DNA of 32,000 nucleotides, from assembly GCA_942493105.1 (NCBI GenBank), contig OW818668.1, forward strand, positions 1,440,001-1,472,000, in the 5' to 3' direction. Under the pieces are notes generated by a model. The model made no database searches and was not told the origin of the DNA. It saw nothing but the letters and a program-made list of their open reading frames with translations. Shown in pieces: positions 1 through 8,500 of the stretch. This stretch comes from an uncultured Erysipelotrichaceae bacterium (lineage in GTDB: Bacteria > Bacillota_I > Bacilli_A > Erysipelotrichales > Erysipelotrichaceae). Made by a program: the position numbers and the translations under genes. Every line of letters starts with the position of its first letter. Positions within the stretch are counted from its first letter, which is position 1.

Positions 1-1
1 T

Positions 2-1702
2 GTATTGAATCATTCTGCAGCCCACATGATGGCTCAGGCCATTAAACGGCTTTATCCACAGGCTTTGTTTTGGGTTGGACCAGTCATTACCGAAGGCTTC
101 TATTACGACATCGATTTAGGGGATGCGATCATCAATGATGAAGCATTGGTTAAGATCGAAGCTGAAATGAAAAAGATCGCGAAAGACGGGAAGCGAATCG
201 TTCGTGAAGAACTCACCAAAGCAGAAGCATTGGAGAAGTTCAAAGATGATCCGTATAAGTTGGATCTCATCTCAAACATGGAAGAAGGATCCATTATCTC
301 AACCTATCGTCAAGATGAGTTCGTTGACTTATGTCGCGGACCGCATGCGAACACAACAAAAGAACTGAAGTTTTTTAAACTGTTGAAAGTTTCGGGAGCC
401 TATTGGAAAGGCGATGCCAACAATAAGATGCTTCAAAGAGTTTATGGGATCTGCTTTGACAGTCAAGAAGCTTTGGATGCCCACTTACATTTACTGGAAG
501 AAGCCAAAAAACGCGATCATAAAAAATTGGGTAAAGAACTCGATCTCTTTATGATGAGCGAATATGGACCTGGTTTTCCATTTTGGTTACCCAATGGGAT
601 GATCCTAAGAAACATCCTAGAAAACTTCTGGTATGAAGAACATACGAAGGAAGGCTATGAGTTCATTAAGACGCCAATCATGTTGAATCAAGATCTCTGG
701 GAAGTTTCAGGTCACTGGTTCAACTATCGTGAAAACATGTATGTTTCGGAAATCGATGATCATAAATTTGCAATCAAGCCGATGAATTGTCCAGGTGGTA
801 TTTTAGTCTATAAAAATAGTTTGCATTCCTACAAAGATCTGCCGATTCGTACTGGAGAATTGGGTCTGGTTCATCGCCATGAAGCTTCTGGTGCCCTCAA
901 CGGCCTATTTAGAGTCAGAACTTTTACTCAAGATGATGCCCATATCTACATGCGTCCAGATCAGATTGAAAGTGAAGTCGTACGTCTCATCAACTTCTTT
1001 GATCGTTTCTATAAACTGTTTAATTTACAGTATACGATCGAATTATCGACGCGTCCTGAGTCCAAATACATTGGATCGATCGAAGTATGGGATGCCTCTG
1101 AATTGGCTCTACAGAAAGCCTGTGAAGCTGCAGGTAAGTCCTTTAAAATCAATCCAGGAGATGGCGCATTCTACGGACCTAAACTGGATTTCCACATCAG
1201 TGATTCTTTAGGTCGTGAATGGCAATGCGGTACGATCCAATTGGACATGAACTTACCTGAACGTTTTGACATGACCTATATCGATTCAGATGGCGAAAAG
1301 AAACGCCCAGTCATGTTGCACAGAGTAATTTTTGGTTCAGTTGAACGCTTCATTGGCATCTTGATTGAACATTATGCAGGAGCCTTCCCATTATGGTTGG
1401 CACCGGTTCAAATTGCGATCTTAGGGGTCAACGGGGAACTTCATGATGATTATTGTGAAGCTCTGAAATTAAAGCTGTCTGCCCTCAAGTTTAGAGCCAT
1501 CGTCGATAATCGTAATGAAAAACTGGGTTATCGTATGCGTGATGCCCAAATGAAAAAGATCCCGATCCAATTGGTCATAGGGGATGGAGAATTAGCTTCT
1601 AATTCAGTCAATGTCAGAAGATATGGTAAAAATGAATCGGTATCGATGTCGATCGATGCCTTTATCGAAAGCATTCAAATAGAGCAGGCCAGCAAACAAT
1701 GA
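2..1702 (+). CDS. thrS: Threonine--tRNA ligase, 5'-truncated by the window edge (C-terminal ~566 aa)
   Basis: The ORF is open to base 2, so the TTG start at 5 in the track is an artefact. It shows the editing-domain HxxxH (NHSAAHMMAQA), the class II catalytic core (FRVRTFTQDDAHIY, GTIQLDMNLPERF) and a C-terminal anticodon-binding domain. The stop TGA overlaps the next ATG (ATGA). Confidence 0.95.
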   Translation, partial: VLNHSAAHMMAQAIKRLYPQALFWVGPVITEGFYYDIDLGDAIINDEALVKIEAEMKKIAKDGKRIVREELTKAEALEKFKDDPYKLDLISNMEEGSIISTYRQDEFVDLCRGPHANTTKELKFFKLLKVSGAYWKGDANNKMLQRVYGICFDSQEALDAHLHLLEEAKKRDHKKLGKELDLFMMSEYGPGFPFWLPNGMILRNILENFWYEEHTKEGYEFIKTPIMLNQDLWEVSGHWFNYRENMYVSEIDDHKFAIKPMNCPGGILVYKNSLHSYKDLPIRTGELGLVHRHEASGALNGLFRVRTFTQDDAHIYMRPDQIESEVVRLINFFDRFYKLFNLQYTIELSTRPESKYIGSIEVWDASELALQKACEAAGKSFKINPGDGAFYGPKLDFHISDSLGREWQCGTIQLDMNLPERFDMTYIDSDGEKKRPVMLHRVIFGSVERFIGILIEHYAGAFPLWLAPVQIAILGVNGELHDDYCEALKLKLSALKFRAIVDNRNEKLGYRMRDAQMKKIPIQLVIGDGELASNSVNVRRYGKNESVSMSIDAFIESIQIEQASKQ

Positions 1703-2607
1703 AGAAACTAATCTTATTGTTGGTCCTTGTTTTAAGCTTGACTGCTTGTGTTCCAGCTAAAAAGGTTCCTTTCACTTGGCTTGCCCCAAAAGGAGCACCA
1801 TCGGTTGCCTTGATCCCCATTTTAAAAGCTGATTTTGATCAAGTGGAATCTGTGGATGGAACGGATATCCTTTCCGCTGCTTTGATTCAAGGCAGTAAAG
1901 ACATCATCATTGCCCCCATCAATTTGGGATCCAAACTGATCCAAGCTGGAAATGCGAATTATAAACTTATAGCCGTAGTGACTTGGGGCAACCTGTATAT
2001 CGTCAAAGATAGTGCTGTGCCTTTTTCGGAAAATATGAACCTGGCGATGTTTGGTCAAAACGCAGTTCCGGAACTCGTGTTAAATCATGTTTCGGATCAG
2101 TTCGAATTTACCTATACCAAAGTTCCGTTTAACTCGGTTGCAGATGTTAAAGGTCAATTGGTCGCCAAAGCTTATTCACTAGGACTATTGGCTGAACCTG
2201 TCGCAACGGCGACCATCGCAGCTGCCAAAGCAGCAGGCATTACATTAAAAGTAGTCGCTGATCTTCAAGCAGCATGGAAATTAAAAACAGGTTATGATAA
2301 TTATCCTCAAGCAGCAATCTTTGTGAAGAATGGACTCAGTGCTGCCCAACTCAAACAAATAAAAGAACGCATTACTTTAATAATCAATTATGTTTCAAGT
2401 GTCGATGCGGATAAAACCATCGTTGAAACAGACATCACAGCTTTGACACCAGAATTGATCGGTGTTCCTTCTGCTGCGATCGTCAAAGCCACTTGGGCTA
2501 ATTTAAATGTTGATGTCAAATATGCCAGTGAAGTCAAAGACGAAATCAAAACTTTCTTAGCATTATTTAACATTGTCTTGGATGATGCGAATTTAATAAC
2601 GAAATAG
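1699..2607 (+). CDS. Lipoprotein, probable ABC substrate-binding protein (type II periplasmic-binding fold, NMT1/SsuA/ThiY-like; ligand unknown)
   Basis: Signal peptide with lipobox LSLTAC. The 302-aa size and composition are typical of SBPs, and a TauC/SsuC-type permease lies nearby. The gene is translationally coupled to thrS. The family call is from memory only. Confidence 0.6.
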   Translation: MKKLILLLVLVLSLTACVPAKKVPFTWLAPKGAPSVALIPILKADFDQVESVDGTDILSAALIQGSKDIIIAPINLGSKLIQAGNANYKLIAVVTWGNLYIVKDSAVPFSENMNLAMFGQNAVPELVLNHVSDQFEFTYTKVPFNSVADVKGQLVAKAYSLGLLAEPVATATIAAAKAAGITLKVVADLQAAWKLKTGYDNYPQAAIFVKNGLSAAQLKQIKERITLIINYVSSVDADKTIVETDITALTPELIGVPSAAIVKATWANLNVDVKYASEVKDEIKTFLALFNIVLDDANLITK

Positions 2608-2633
2608 TGAAGAATCACTAAAAAGGGGTCATT

Positions 2634-2903
2634 ATGGCTGAAGTATTTGAAGTATTGATGGTTGTCAGTTTTGGGATATCTTGGCCAATGTCGATTTTGA
2701 AGTCGTATAAAGCCAGGACGGCCAAAGGCAAGAGTTTATTTTTCCTGTGTATGATTCTGTTTGGATATGCCTGTGGAATCACTTCTAAGCTTCTAAATGG
2801 ACGAATCAATTATGTCATTGCGTTCTATATCCTTAATTTCATCATGGTCAGCATTGATTTGTTTATTTATTTTAGAAATCATAAACTTGATCTTCAATCC
2901 TAA
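2634..2903 (+). CDS. Small 3-TM membrane protein, PQ-loop/SemiSWEET-like
   Basis: 89 aa with three hydrophobic helices. After TM1, WPMSILKSYKARTAKGKS resembles the PQ-loop signature (PQ..K...T.G.S) with P-M in place of P-Q. SD AAAGGGG lies 7 nt upstream of the ATG. Confidence 0.45.
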   Translation: MAEVFEVLMVVSFGISWPMSILKSYKARTAKGKSLFFLCMILFGYACGITSKLLNGRINYVIAFYILNFIMVSIDLFIYFRNHKLDLQS

Positions 2904-2908
2904 GGTTT

Positions 2909-2933
2909 ACGCTCAAATCATTGAGCGTTTTTT
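2909..2933 (+). terminator. Rho-independent terminator after the PQ-loop-like gene
   Basis: Perfect 8-bp stem ACGCTCAA / TTGAGCGT (2909-2916 / 2921-2928), 4-nt loop ATCA, followed by TTTTT. Confidence 0.8.
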
Positions 2934-2974
2934 AAAACTTAGCTATGTTTTAACATGGTTAAAGATAAGGTATA

Positions 2975-3694
2975 ATGAATGAAATGAAAAAAGTAATGAT
3001 TTGGCTATTTTATGCCTTATTTTGGGAATTGTCAGCACTGTTGGTGAATAAAGCCATCATTTTGCCGTCGTTTTCATCTGTCATTATTTTGATGTCTCAA
3101 CAACTTCTCGCCTCAACACTTTATGTAAGTTTAGGAACTAGCCTGATTAGAGTCATTATCGGTACAACGATCGCTTTGATTTTAGCTTTGACGTTGAGTT
3201 TATTGGCTGAATCCTATCCGAAATTGAAACCCTGGTTTAGACCCTTGGTGTTGATCAGTAAGACCATCCCCAATATTACATATATCTTGATTATCTTGAT
3301 TTGGCTTTCACGTGAAATGACGGTCAGTATCATTACTTTACTAATACTATTTCCAGTTTTATATAGCCACATCAGTCTTGCGATAGAAACGACCTTACCG
3401 GAATATCGTGATCTTCATCAGTTGTTTCCAGAGCGATATAGCCATCGTTTAAGAGAAGTTATTCTACCTTTGATTCGAGTTCATTTGATTGAAAGTATTC
3501 AAACGGCCATCTCATTAGGCTTTAAAGTAGGAGTTATGGCAGAACTCTTGGGTCAAGTTCAACCTGGACTAGGTTATCAACTATATTTAGCGAAACTCGA
3601 TTTAAACACAACGGCTTTGTTTGCCTATACCGGATGGATGATCATTACGGTGATTTTGGCTGAAAAGCTGATTGGATTGTTGAGGAAAGATTGA
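2975..3694 (+). CDS. ABC transporter permease, binding-protein-dependent NitT/TauT (TauC/SsuC/ThiX-like) family
   Basis: 239 aa with about 6 TM helices. The conserved cytoplasmic-loop region REVILPLIRVHLIESIQTAISLGFKVGVMAELLG is typical of this permease family. The start is ambiguous (ATG at 2975, 2984 or 2996) because a TATAAT at 2971-2976 overlaps the first ATG. Confidence 0.75.
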   Translation: MNEMKKVMIWLFYALFWELSALLVNKAIILPSFSSVIILMSQQLLASTLYVSLGTSLIRVIIGTTIALILALTLSLLAESYPKLKPWFRPLVLISKTIPNITYILIILIWLSREMTVSIITLLILFPVLYSHISLAIETTLPEYRDLHQLFPERYSHRLREVILPLIRVHLIESIQTAISLGFKVGVMAELLGQVQPGLGYQLYLAKLDLNTTALFAYTGWMIITVILAEKLIGLLRKD

Positions 3695-4146
3695 TGGATC
3701 TTCAAGTTTGGATCCAAGAGATGAAAGATCAAGGCGTCAGTCCTAAGCGAGCCTTGTTTAACATTAAAGTTCGAAAAGGGGCTGTGTCTTTGGAAGCCTT
3801 TGAGTTGGTTAAACTCATCTATCAACTCAACGAAACAGAACTGAAATTACTTCTGGGTTGGTTTCCTCAACTAAAAGATCGGCCCATTGCCAAACATCAA
3901 CTTTTGATCTGTAAGTCGTGTCAAAAAGGGGATGAGTCTTTCATCAAAAACATCAGTACCATGCTGGATACGCCAATCAATTCGATCAGTTCAGATGGCT
4001 TGATTTCATTAGAGATAACTGGATGTATGGGAATGTGTGCTTTTGGTCCCAATGCCATTTTGGATCAACAGATCTATAATGGGATCCATACAAACACGGT
4101 TTTTAGAAATAAACTAAAAGAAATCCTAGAAGAAAGAGAGAAATAA
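3694..4146 (+). CDS. Thioredoxin-like [2Fe-2S] ferredoxin-fold protein (NuoE/HydC-like)
   Basis: KHQLLICKSCQKGDESF ... ISLEITGCMGMCAFGPNAIL matches the NuoE-family layout (first Cys pair, then GC.G.C..(A/G)P). Four Cys are present, but the first pair is C-x2-C rather than the usual C-x4-C. The likely start is ATG 3694 (TGATG overlap with the permease stop), with SD GAGGA upstream. Confidence 0.55.
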   Translation: MDLQVWIQEMKDQGVSPKRALFNIKVRKGAVSLEAFELVKLIYQLNETELKLLLGWFPQLKDRPIAKHQLLICKSCQKGDESFIKNISTMLDTPINSISSDGLISLEITGCMGMCAFGPNAILDQQIYNGIHTNTVFRNKLKEILEEREK

Positions 4147-4147
4147 G

Positions 4148-4492
4148 ATGGACATGAGACAAAGGATCGCATGGCGACATGTGGTCAATCAAAAAGGAAA
4201 TATCTACTTGATGGATGAAGCTGAAATCACCTATATCGTTGATTTCAGTAAATTATCTACATCCTCAAGGAAACATTTGAATCAAATGCATTTATTCAAT
4301 ATGATTGCGATCTATGCTTTTCCAATTTTGGTAGTGATGTTGACTTTACCTTTTAATTTGGATTCCTTGTCTAAGTTGATCATTATTGTAGTTGCGATAT
4401 CGATTCCCTTGGTTATCGATTACTTGATGATGATTTATTGGGTGCTCCCCAAAAACATCCGAGAAATACTAGAAGTTAAGAAACATGCGTAA
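4148..4492 (+). CDS. Hypothetical membrane protein (2 TM helices in the C-terminal half)
   Basis: 114-aa ORF starting 1 nt after the previous stop, with two hydrophobic helices. No family recognised. Confidence 0.5.
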   Translation: MDMRQRIAWRHVVNQKGNIYLMDEAEITYIVDFSKLSTSSRKHLNQMHLFNMIAIYAFPILVVMLTLPFNLDSLSKLIIIVVAISIPLVIDYLMMIYWVLPKNIREILEVKKHA

Positions 4493-4520
4493 AAAAGGTT
4501 GATAATTAGTCAACCTTTTT
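4491..4520. terminator. Bidirectional rho-independent terminator between convergent genes
   Basis: AAAAAAGGTTGA-TAATTAG-TCAACCTTTTT. The GGTTGA/TCAACC stem is flanked by an A-run and a T-run, so it can serve both strands. Confidence 0.8.
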
Positions 4521-4522
4521 AG

Positions 4523-6214
4523 TTACTTTAGGAAATTTTGAACGAAGGGGAGAACTTGATCGAGATCGACCAGTTGGATTTCTTTTTCATTTCTCAACTT
4601 GACTTCGACTTTCCCTTGATCAATGGTTTTACCAACCGTGATGCGAAGTGGAATGCCAATCAGATCCATATCGTTGAATTTGACACCTGCACGCTCATCA
4701 CGATCATCCAGCAACACATCAATTCCTTCTTTTGAAAGAATTTGATAAAGGTTTTCTGCACTTGAACTTTGAAGTTCAACTTTTGTGTTGATGATGACGA
4801 TGGCCACACTATAAGGTGCCAAAGCTTTTGGCCAAATGATCCCATAATCATCATGATTCTGTTCAACGATGGCGGCTAAACAACGACCCGGTCCAATCCC
4901 ATAAGAACCCATGATGACAGGATGTAAAGTATTGTCTTGATCAAGATATTCTAAACCCAATGCTTTTGAATATTTATCGCCTAGTTTAAAGGTGTTTCCG
5001 ATTTCAATCCCATTGTTGAAATAGATCGTTCCGCCACAGTTTGGACAAGTATCTCCAGGTTTGATGTTTCGGATATCGGCAAATTGGGTGACTTGGAAAT
5101 CGCGTCCAACATTGACGTTTTGGTAATGGTAATCCGTTTTGTTGGCACCCACCAAGAAATTAGACATGGTTTTGATGCGATGATCCGCTATGACTTTAAT
5201 GGAAATCCCAACAGGACCCGCATAACCGACTTTAGCGTGCGATAATTGTTCAACGATGTCAGCGGTTGCCAACTCAACCGATGTGGCTTTAAACAGCTTC
5301 TGGAGCTTGACTTCATTGATTTCATCATCCGCTCTGACCATGATCAAATAAGCCTGTTTATCGATCATATAGATCATCGATTTGGTCATTTTATCTTCTG
5401 CAATGTGATAGTTCTCTACGAGATCTTTGATCTTACCTACATTTGGCGTATAGAGTTCACTCATATCCTTGAAATCTTCAAGCTGAAGATCAGAGGTCAC
5501 ACAAGGACTAACTTCAATGTTGGAAGCGAAATCACAGGTATTGCATAAGACCAAACGATCTTCACCGATATCGGTTACGGCTTGGAATTCTTCAGATAAC
5601 AATCCACCCATGACTCCAGTATCTGCAGTCACGATCTTATAGTTGAGACCCATATGATCAAAAGAAGCTTTATAGGCATCATACATTTTCTGATAAGAAA
5701 TTGACAATCCATCCAGATCTTTATCAAACGAATAAGCATCCTTCATGATGAATTCGCGCACTCTGATCAACCCAAAACGAGGCCGTGGTTCGTCTCTGAA
5801 TTTGGTTTGAAACTGATATAAGTTGAAAGGCAAATCCTTATATGATTTGACATGATGTTGGGCAGCCATGACAAACAATTCTTCATGGGTCGGTCCTAAA
5901 ACAAAAGGCTTTCCAAATCTGTCTTTTAAGGCAAACATGGAAGAACCAATCAAAGCTCTACGGCCTGATTGTTCATAAATCTCTTCAGGAATCAAAGAAG
6001 GCATCAAGACTTCCTGAGCACCTGCTTTGTTCATCTCTTCACGGATGATCTGTTCGATCTTCTTAAGGACTTTGTAACCCAAAGGAAGATACATGTAGAT
6101 CCCTGAAGAATTCTTCTTGATCATGCCGCTTCTGACCAATAGATTGCCTGAAACGGAGTCTTCATCTTTTGCGTTTTCACGCAAAGTGAAGAAATAACTA
6201 CTTTTTAATTTCAT
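4523..6214 (-). CDS. proS: Proline--tRNA ligase (bacterial type with INS editing domain)
   Basis: 563 aa with class II motifs (FRDEPRPRFGLIRVREFIMKDAYSF; GSYGIGPGRCLAAIVEQ), a central insertion domain and a C-terminal anticodon-binding domain. SD GAGG lies 7 nt upstream. Confidence 0.95.
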   Translation of the reverse strand: MKLKSSYFFTLRENAKDEDSVSGNLLVRSGMIKKNSSGIYMYLPLGYKVLKKIEQIIREEMNKAGAQEVLMPSLIPEEIYEQSGRRALIGSSMFALKDRFGKPFVLGPTHEELFVMAAQHHVKSYKDLPFNLYQFQTKFRDEPRPRFGLIRVREFIMKDAYSFDKDLDGLSISYQKMYDAYKASFDHMGLNYKIVTADTGVMGGLLSEEFQAVTDIGEDRLVLCNTCDFASNIEVSPCVTSDLQLEDFKDMSELYTPNVGKIKDLVENYHIAEDKMTKSMIYMIDKQAYLIMVRADDEINEVKLQKLFKATSVELATADIVEQLSHAKVGYAGPVGISIKVIADHRIKTMSNFLVGANKTDYHYQNVNVGRDFQVTQFADIRNIKPGDTCPNCGGTIYFNNGIEIGNTFKLGDKYSKALGLEYLDQDNTLHPVIMGSYGIGPGRCLAAIVEQNHDDYGIIWPKALAPYSVAIVIINTKVELQSSSAENLYQILSKEGIDVLLDDRDERAGVKFNDMDLIGIPLRITVGKTIDQGKVEVKLRNEKEIQLVDLDQVLPFVQNFLK

Positions 6215-6239
6215 ATGAAACCTCGCTGATACGTATAGA

Positions 6240-6268
6240 ATTATAGCATGTTAACTTTTGTTTGACAC
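6240..6268 (-). promoter_or_regulatory. Probable proS promoter (extended -10)
   Basis: On the minus strand: TGcTATAAT (-10 at 6240-6245, TG at 6247-6248) with a weak -35 GTGTCA at 6263-6268. The leader is only about 30 nt. Confidence 0.5.
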
Positions 6269-6290
6269 CCATGTTTAATCATGATAAACT
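6262..6290 (+). promoter_or_regulatory. Probable infC-rpmI-rplT operon promoter
   Basis: TTGACA (6262-6267), 17-nt spacer, then TGaTAAACT (extended -10, hexamer 6285-6290). Confidence 0.6.
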
Positions 6291-6414
6291 AACTCTGCAA
6301 ATAACTGTGGAAAGAAGAAGTTCCTGCTTCTCACCTGATGGCCTAAGTCATGGGTACGTGCTACAAAACTGTTTTGGTACTTTTAAGCGGGAAATTCAAG
6401 CCCGCTTTTTATTT
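6291..6414 (+). promoter_or_regulatory. L20-type ribosomal-protein leader with terminator/attenuator hairpin
   Basis: About 120-nt untranslated leader between the promoter and infC. It ends in the hairpin AAGCGGG-9 nt-CCCGCTT (6385-6391 / 6401-6407) followed by a T-run, immediately before the infC SD. The position matches the Firmicute L20-leader attenuation system. The upstream fold was not verified. Confidence 0.5.
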
Positions 6415-6433
6415 GAAAATGGAGGACTTTTAT

Positions 6434-6961
6434 ATCACAAAACGACCTGTAAATGATGAATTGGTGAATGAAAACATTCGCTTTAAAGAAGTGTTGGTCA
6501 TCGGCCCTAATGGAGAACAATTAGGTCATCTGATGCGCCGTGAAGCTCTTGAGAAAGCGTATGATTATGGTTTGGATCTTTTCTGTGTTGCCCCAAATGC
6601 CGTTCCACCGGTCTGTAAAATCATGGACTATGGAAAATATCGCTTCGAGCAACAGAAAAAACTCAAAGAAGCAAAGAAAAATCAGCAAGTGACTGAAGTA
6701 AAACCTTTGCGCTTATCACCGGTCATTGACACCCACGATTTTGAAACGAAGCTCAATCACGCCAAAGAATGGATCGCCGAAGGCTTAAAAGTCCGAATCG
6801 ACATGCGTTTTAGAGGACGTCTCATCACCCACATCGAAGTGGGCCAAAAAGTCATGGATGAATTTGCGAGACAGATGAGTGAAGTTGCGGTTATCGAAAA
6901 ACCGGCGGTTATGGACAACCGTACCATGATATTGGTTCTAAGTCCGAAGAAAACAAAATAG
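6434..6961 (+). CDS. infC: Translation initiation factor IF-3, probable non-AUG (AUC) start
   Basis: Conserved [21 protein letters not shown]-domain and the C-domain. A strong SD GGAGGA (6421-6426) sits 7 nt before the in-frame ATC at 6434. The in-frame ATG at 6419 has no SD and overlaps the SD itself. The track start at 6350 lies inside the leader and terminator. Confidence 0.85.
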   Translation: MTKRPVNDELVNENIRFKEVLVIGPNGEQLGHLMRREALEKAYDYGLDLFCVAPNAVPPVCKIMDYGKYRFEQQKKLKEAKKNQQVTEVKPLRLSPVIDTHDFETKLNHAKEWIAEGLKVRIDMRFRGRLITHIEVGQKVMDEFARQMSEVAVIEKPAVMDNRTMILVLSPKKTK

Positions 6962-6972
6962 AGGAGCAGACT

Positions 6973-7167
6973 ATGCCAAAAATGAAGACTAAAAGTGCTT
7001 TGGCCAAACGTGTCAAAGTCACAGGCAGCGGTAAACTGAAACGTTCCCATGCGTATGTTTCCCACTTCGCAGCCAATAAGACCCACAAGCAGAAAAGACA
7101 TTTAAGAAAATCAACCTTGGTCAGCAAAGCAGATTTCAAGCGCATCAAGCTGTTGATTCAAAGGTAA
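6973..7167 (+). CDS. rpmI: 50S ribosomal protein L35
   Basis: 64 aa, [24 protein letters not shown] signature, SD GAGGAG. Confidence 0.95.
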   Translation: MPKMKTKSALAKRVKVTGSGKLKRSHAYVSHFAANKTHKQKRHLRKSTLVSKADFKRIKLLIQR

Positions 7168-7178
7168 AGGAGTAACAC

Positions 7179-7556
7179 ATGCCAAGAGTAAAAGGTGGTT
7201 ATGTCACCAGAAGACGCCGTAAAGGCATATTAAAATTAGCCAAAGGCTATTTTGGAAGCAAACATACGATTTATAAGACCGCTCATGAGCAGGTCATGCA
7301 TTCTCTGAAGTATGCGTACAGAGATCGTAAGAATCTTAAACGTGAAATGAGAAAACTCTGGATTGCCCGTATCAATGCGGCAGCCAGAATGAATGACATC
7401 AGTTATTCCAGATTGATGAATGCTTTAAAGTTGGCCAATGTCTTGGTCAACCGTAAGATGTTGTCAGAAATGGCCATTCATGATCCTAAAGGTTTCAGCG
7501 CCTTGGTTGAAAAAGCCAAAAAAGCTGCAGCGAAAGCCGAAGCAAAAGCCGAATAA
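7179..7556 (+). CDS. rplT: 50S ribosomal protein L20
   Basis: [15 protein letters not shown]... signature. The 125 aa include an Ala/Lys-rich C-terminal tail. SD AAGGAG. Confidence 0.95.
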   Translation: MPRVKGGYVTRRRRKGILKLAKGYFGSKHTIYKTAHEQVMHSLKYAYRDRKNLKREMRKLWIARINAAARMNDISYSRLMNALKLANVLVNRKMLSEMAIHDPKGFSALVEKAKKAAAKAEAKAE

Positions 7557-7584
7557 AATAGTTCCGAAAGGAACTATTTTTTTA
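7557..7584. terminator. Rho-independent terminator after rplT (may also serve the convergent gene)
   Basis: AATAGTTCC-GAAA-GGAACTATT followed by TTTTT. Confidence 0.85.
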
Positions 7585-7596
7585 TGTAAGATTATT

Positions 7597-8421
7597 TTAA
7601 GCGTTGAGCTGATCTAGTTTATCTTGAGCAATGTGCAAATATACATCAAGGTTTCTGCTTTCATACATCATGATGGCCCATGTACACCACAATAAGTTAT
7701 GAAAATCTTCATAAGCTTTTAAGGCAAGAAGCTCAACACTGGTCAATGGATGATCGAAATAGGTTTCCAAGAATTCTTTTCGCTCATCTTCCGTCAGTTT
7801 ATTTTCTGTGATGAAACTCATCACGTCAAAGTAAGGATCATTATCACCGGCATATTCATAGTCGATCAAGTAGTCTCTTTCATTAGTAAAGCCGATGTTT
7901 CCGCTGACCCAATCGTTATGACACAAAGTAGGGACATAAGGAATCGCTTGAATGGCTTGGATGATCTCTGCAGCACGTGCATCTGAGATCCACGCCTTTT
8001 TAACATAAGATCTGTATTGATGATATCGCGCAATGGGATCGAAATCATAACCAATGGTTTGTTGCAGCGCATGCAGACGTTTCATCAAGCATGCTGTTCT
8101 TTTGATTTTATCAGATCCCTGATACTCTTCAAAGGTTAGAAAATCGGGGACATATTCGGTAATTTTGATGCCTGTTTCTTGATCATAAAAGATGGTTGTG
8201 ACATCCAACTGGGCATTTTTAATAAGTTCTAAAGCTTTTGCCTCATGCGGAAAATGGACGATCTGATGGGCATCGTTTTTTGGGACTCGGCAAATAAAAC
8301 ATTGTTCACCAACCGTAATCAGGTAATTATCATTGGTTAACCCTTTATTTAGTTTTTCTTTCGTGAAGAAATCTGTTTTGAGAATGGTTTTGAGAAGGTG
8401 ATCGATATCTGTCATGAACAT
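7597..8421 (-). CDS. Choline/ethanolamine kinase-family phosphotransferase (LicA-like)
   Basis: Brenner/choline-kinase motifs LCHNDWVSGNIGF and YLIDYEYAGDNDPYFDVMSF. 274 aa. No clear SD, so the start (8421 or 8415) is uncertain. Confidence 0.75.
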   Translation of the reverse strand: MFMTDIDHLLKTILKTDFFTKEKLNKGLTNDNYLITVGEQCFICRVPKNDAHQIVHFPHEAKALELIKNAQLDVTTIFYDQETGIKITEYVPDFLTFEEYQGSDKIKRTACLMKRLHALQQTIGYDFDPIARYHQYRSYVKKAWISDARAAEIIQAIQAIPYVPTLCHNDWVSGNIGFTNERDYLIDYEYAGDNDPYFDVMSFITENKLTEDERKEFLETYFDHPLTSVELLALKAYEDFHNLLWCTWAIMMYESRNLDVYLHIAQDKLDQLNA

Positions 8422-8500
8422 ATCATATCATACTGTTCCAACTGGTTTCAGTGCATATCTTCATAGCATTAACCAAAGTCCTTTGATAGAATAGGGGCAT

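Noticed and set aside
2797-2982. 61-aa ORF bridging the PQ-loop-like gene and the permease gene
   Set aside because: It is out of frame within the 3' end of a better-supported gene and runs straight through the strong terminator hairpin at 2909-2933.
6215-6262. Possible T-box leader upstream of proS
   Set aside because: The distance from the probable -10 (6240-6245) to the ATG is only about 25-30 nt. That is far too short for a T-box (more than 200 nt), and no specifier/terminator architecture is present.
6262-6456. 64-aa ORF (6262-6456) and the 28-codon N-terminal extension of infC (6350-6433)
   Set aside because: Both lie within the untranslated leader and span a terminator hairpin and the promoter itself. 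They have no SD, and IF3 homology only begins around [17 protein letters not shown].
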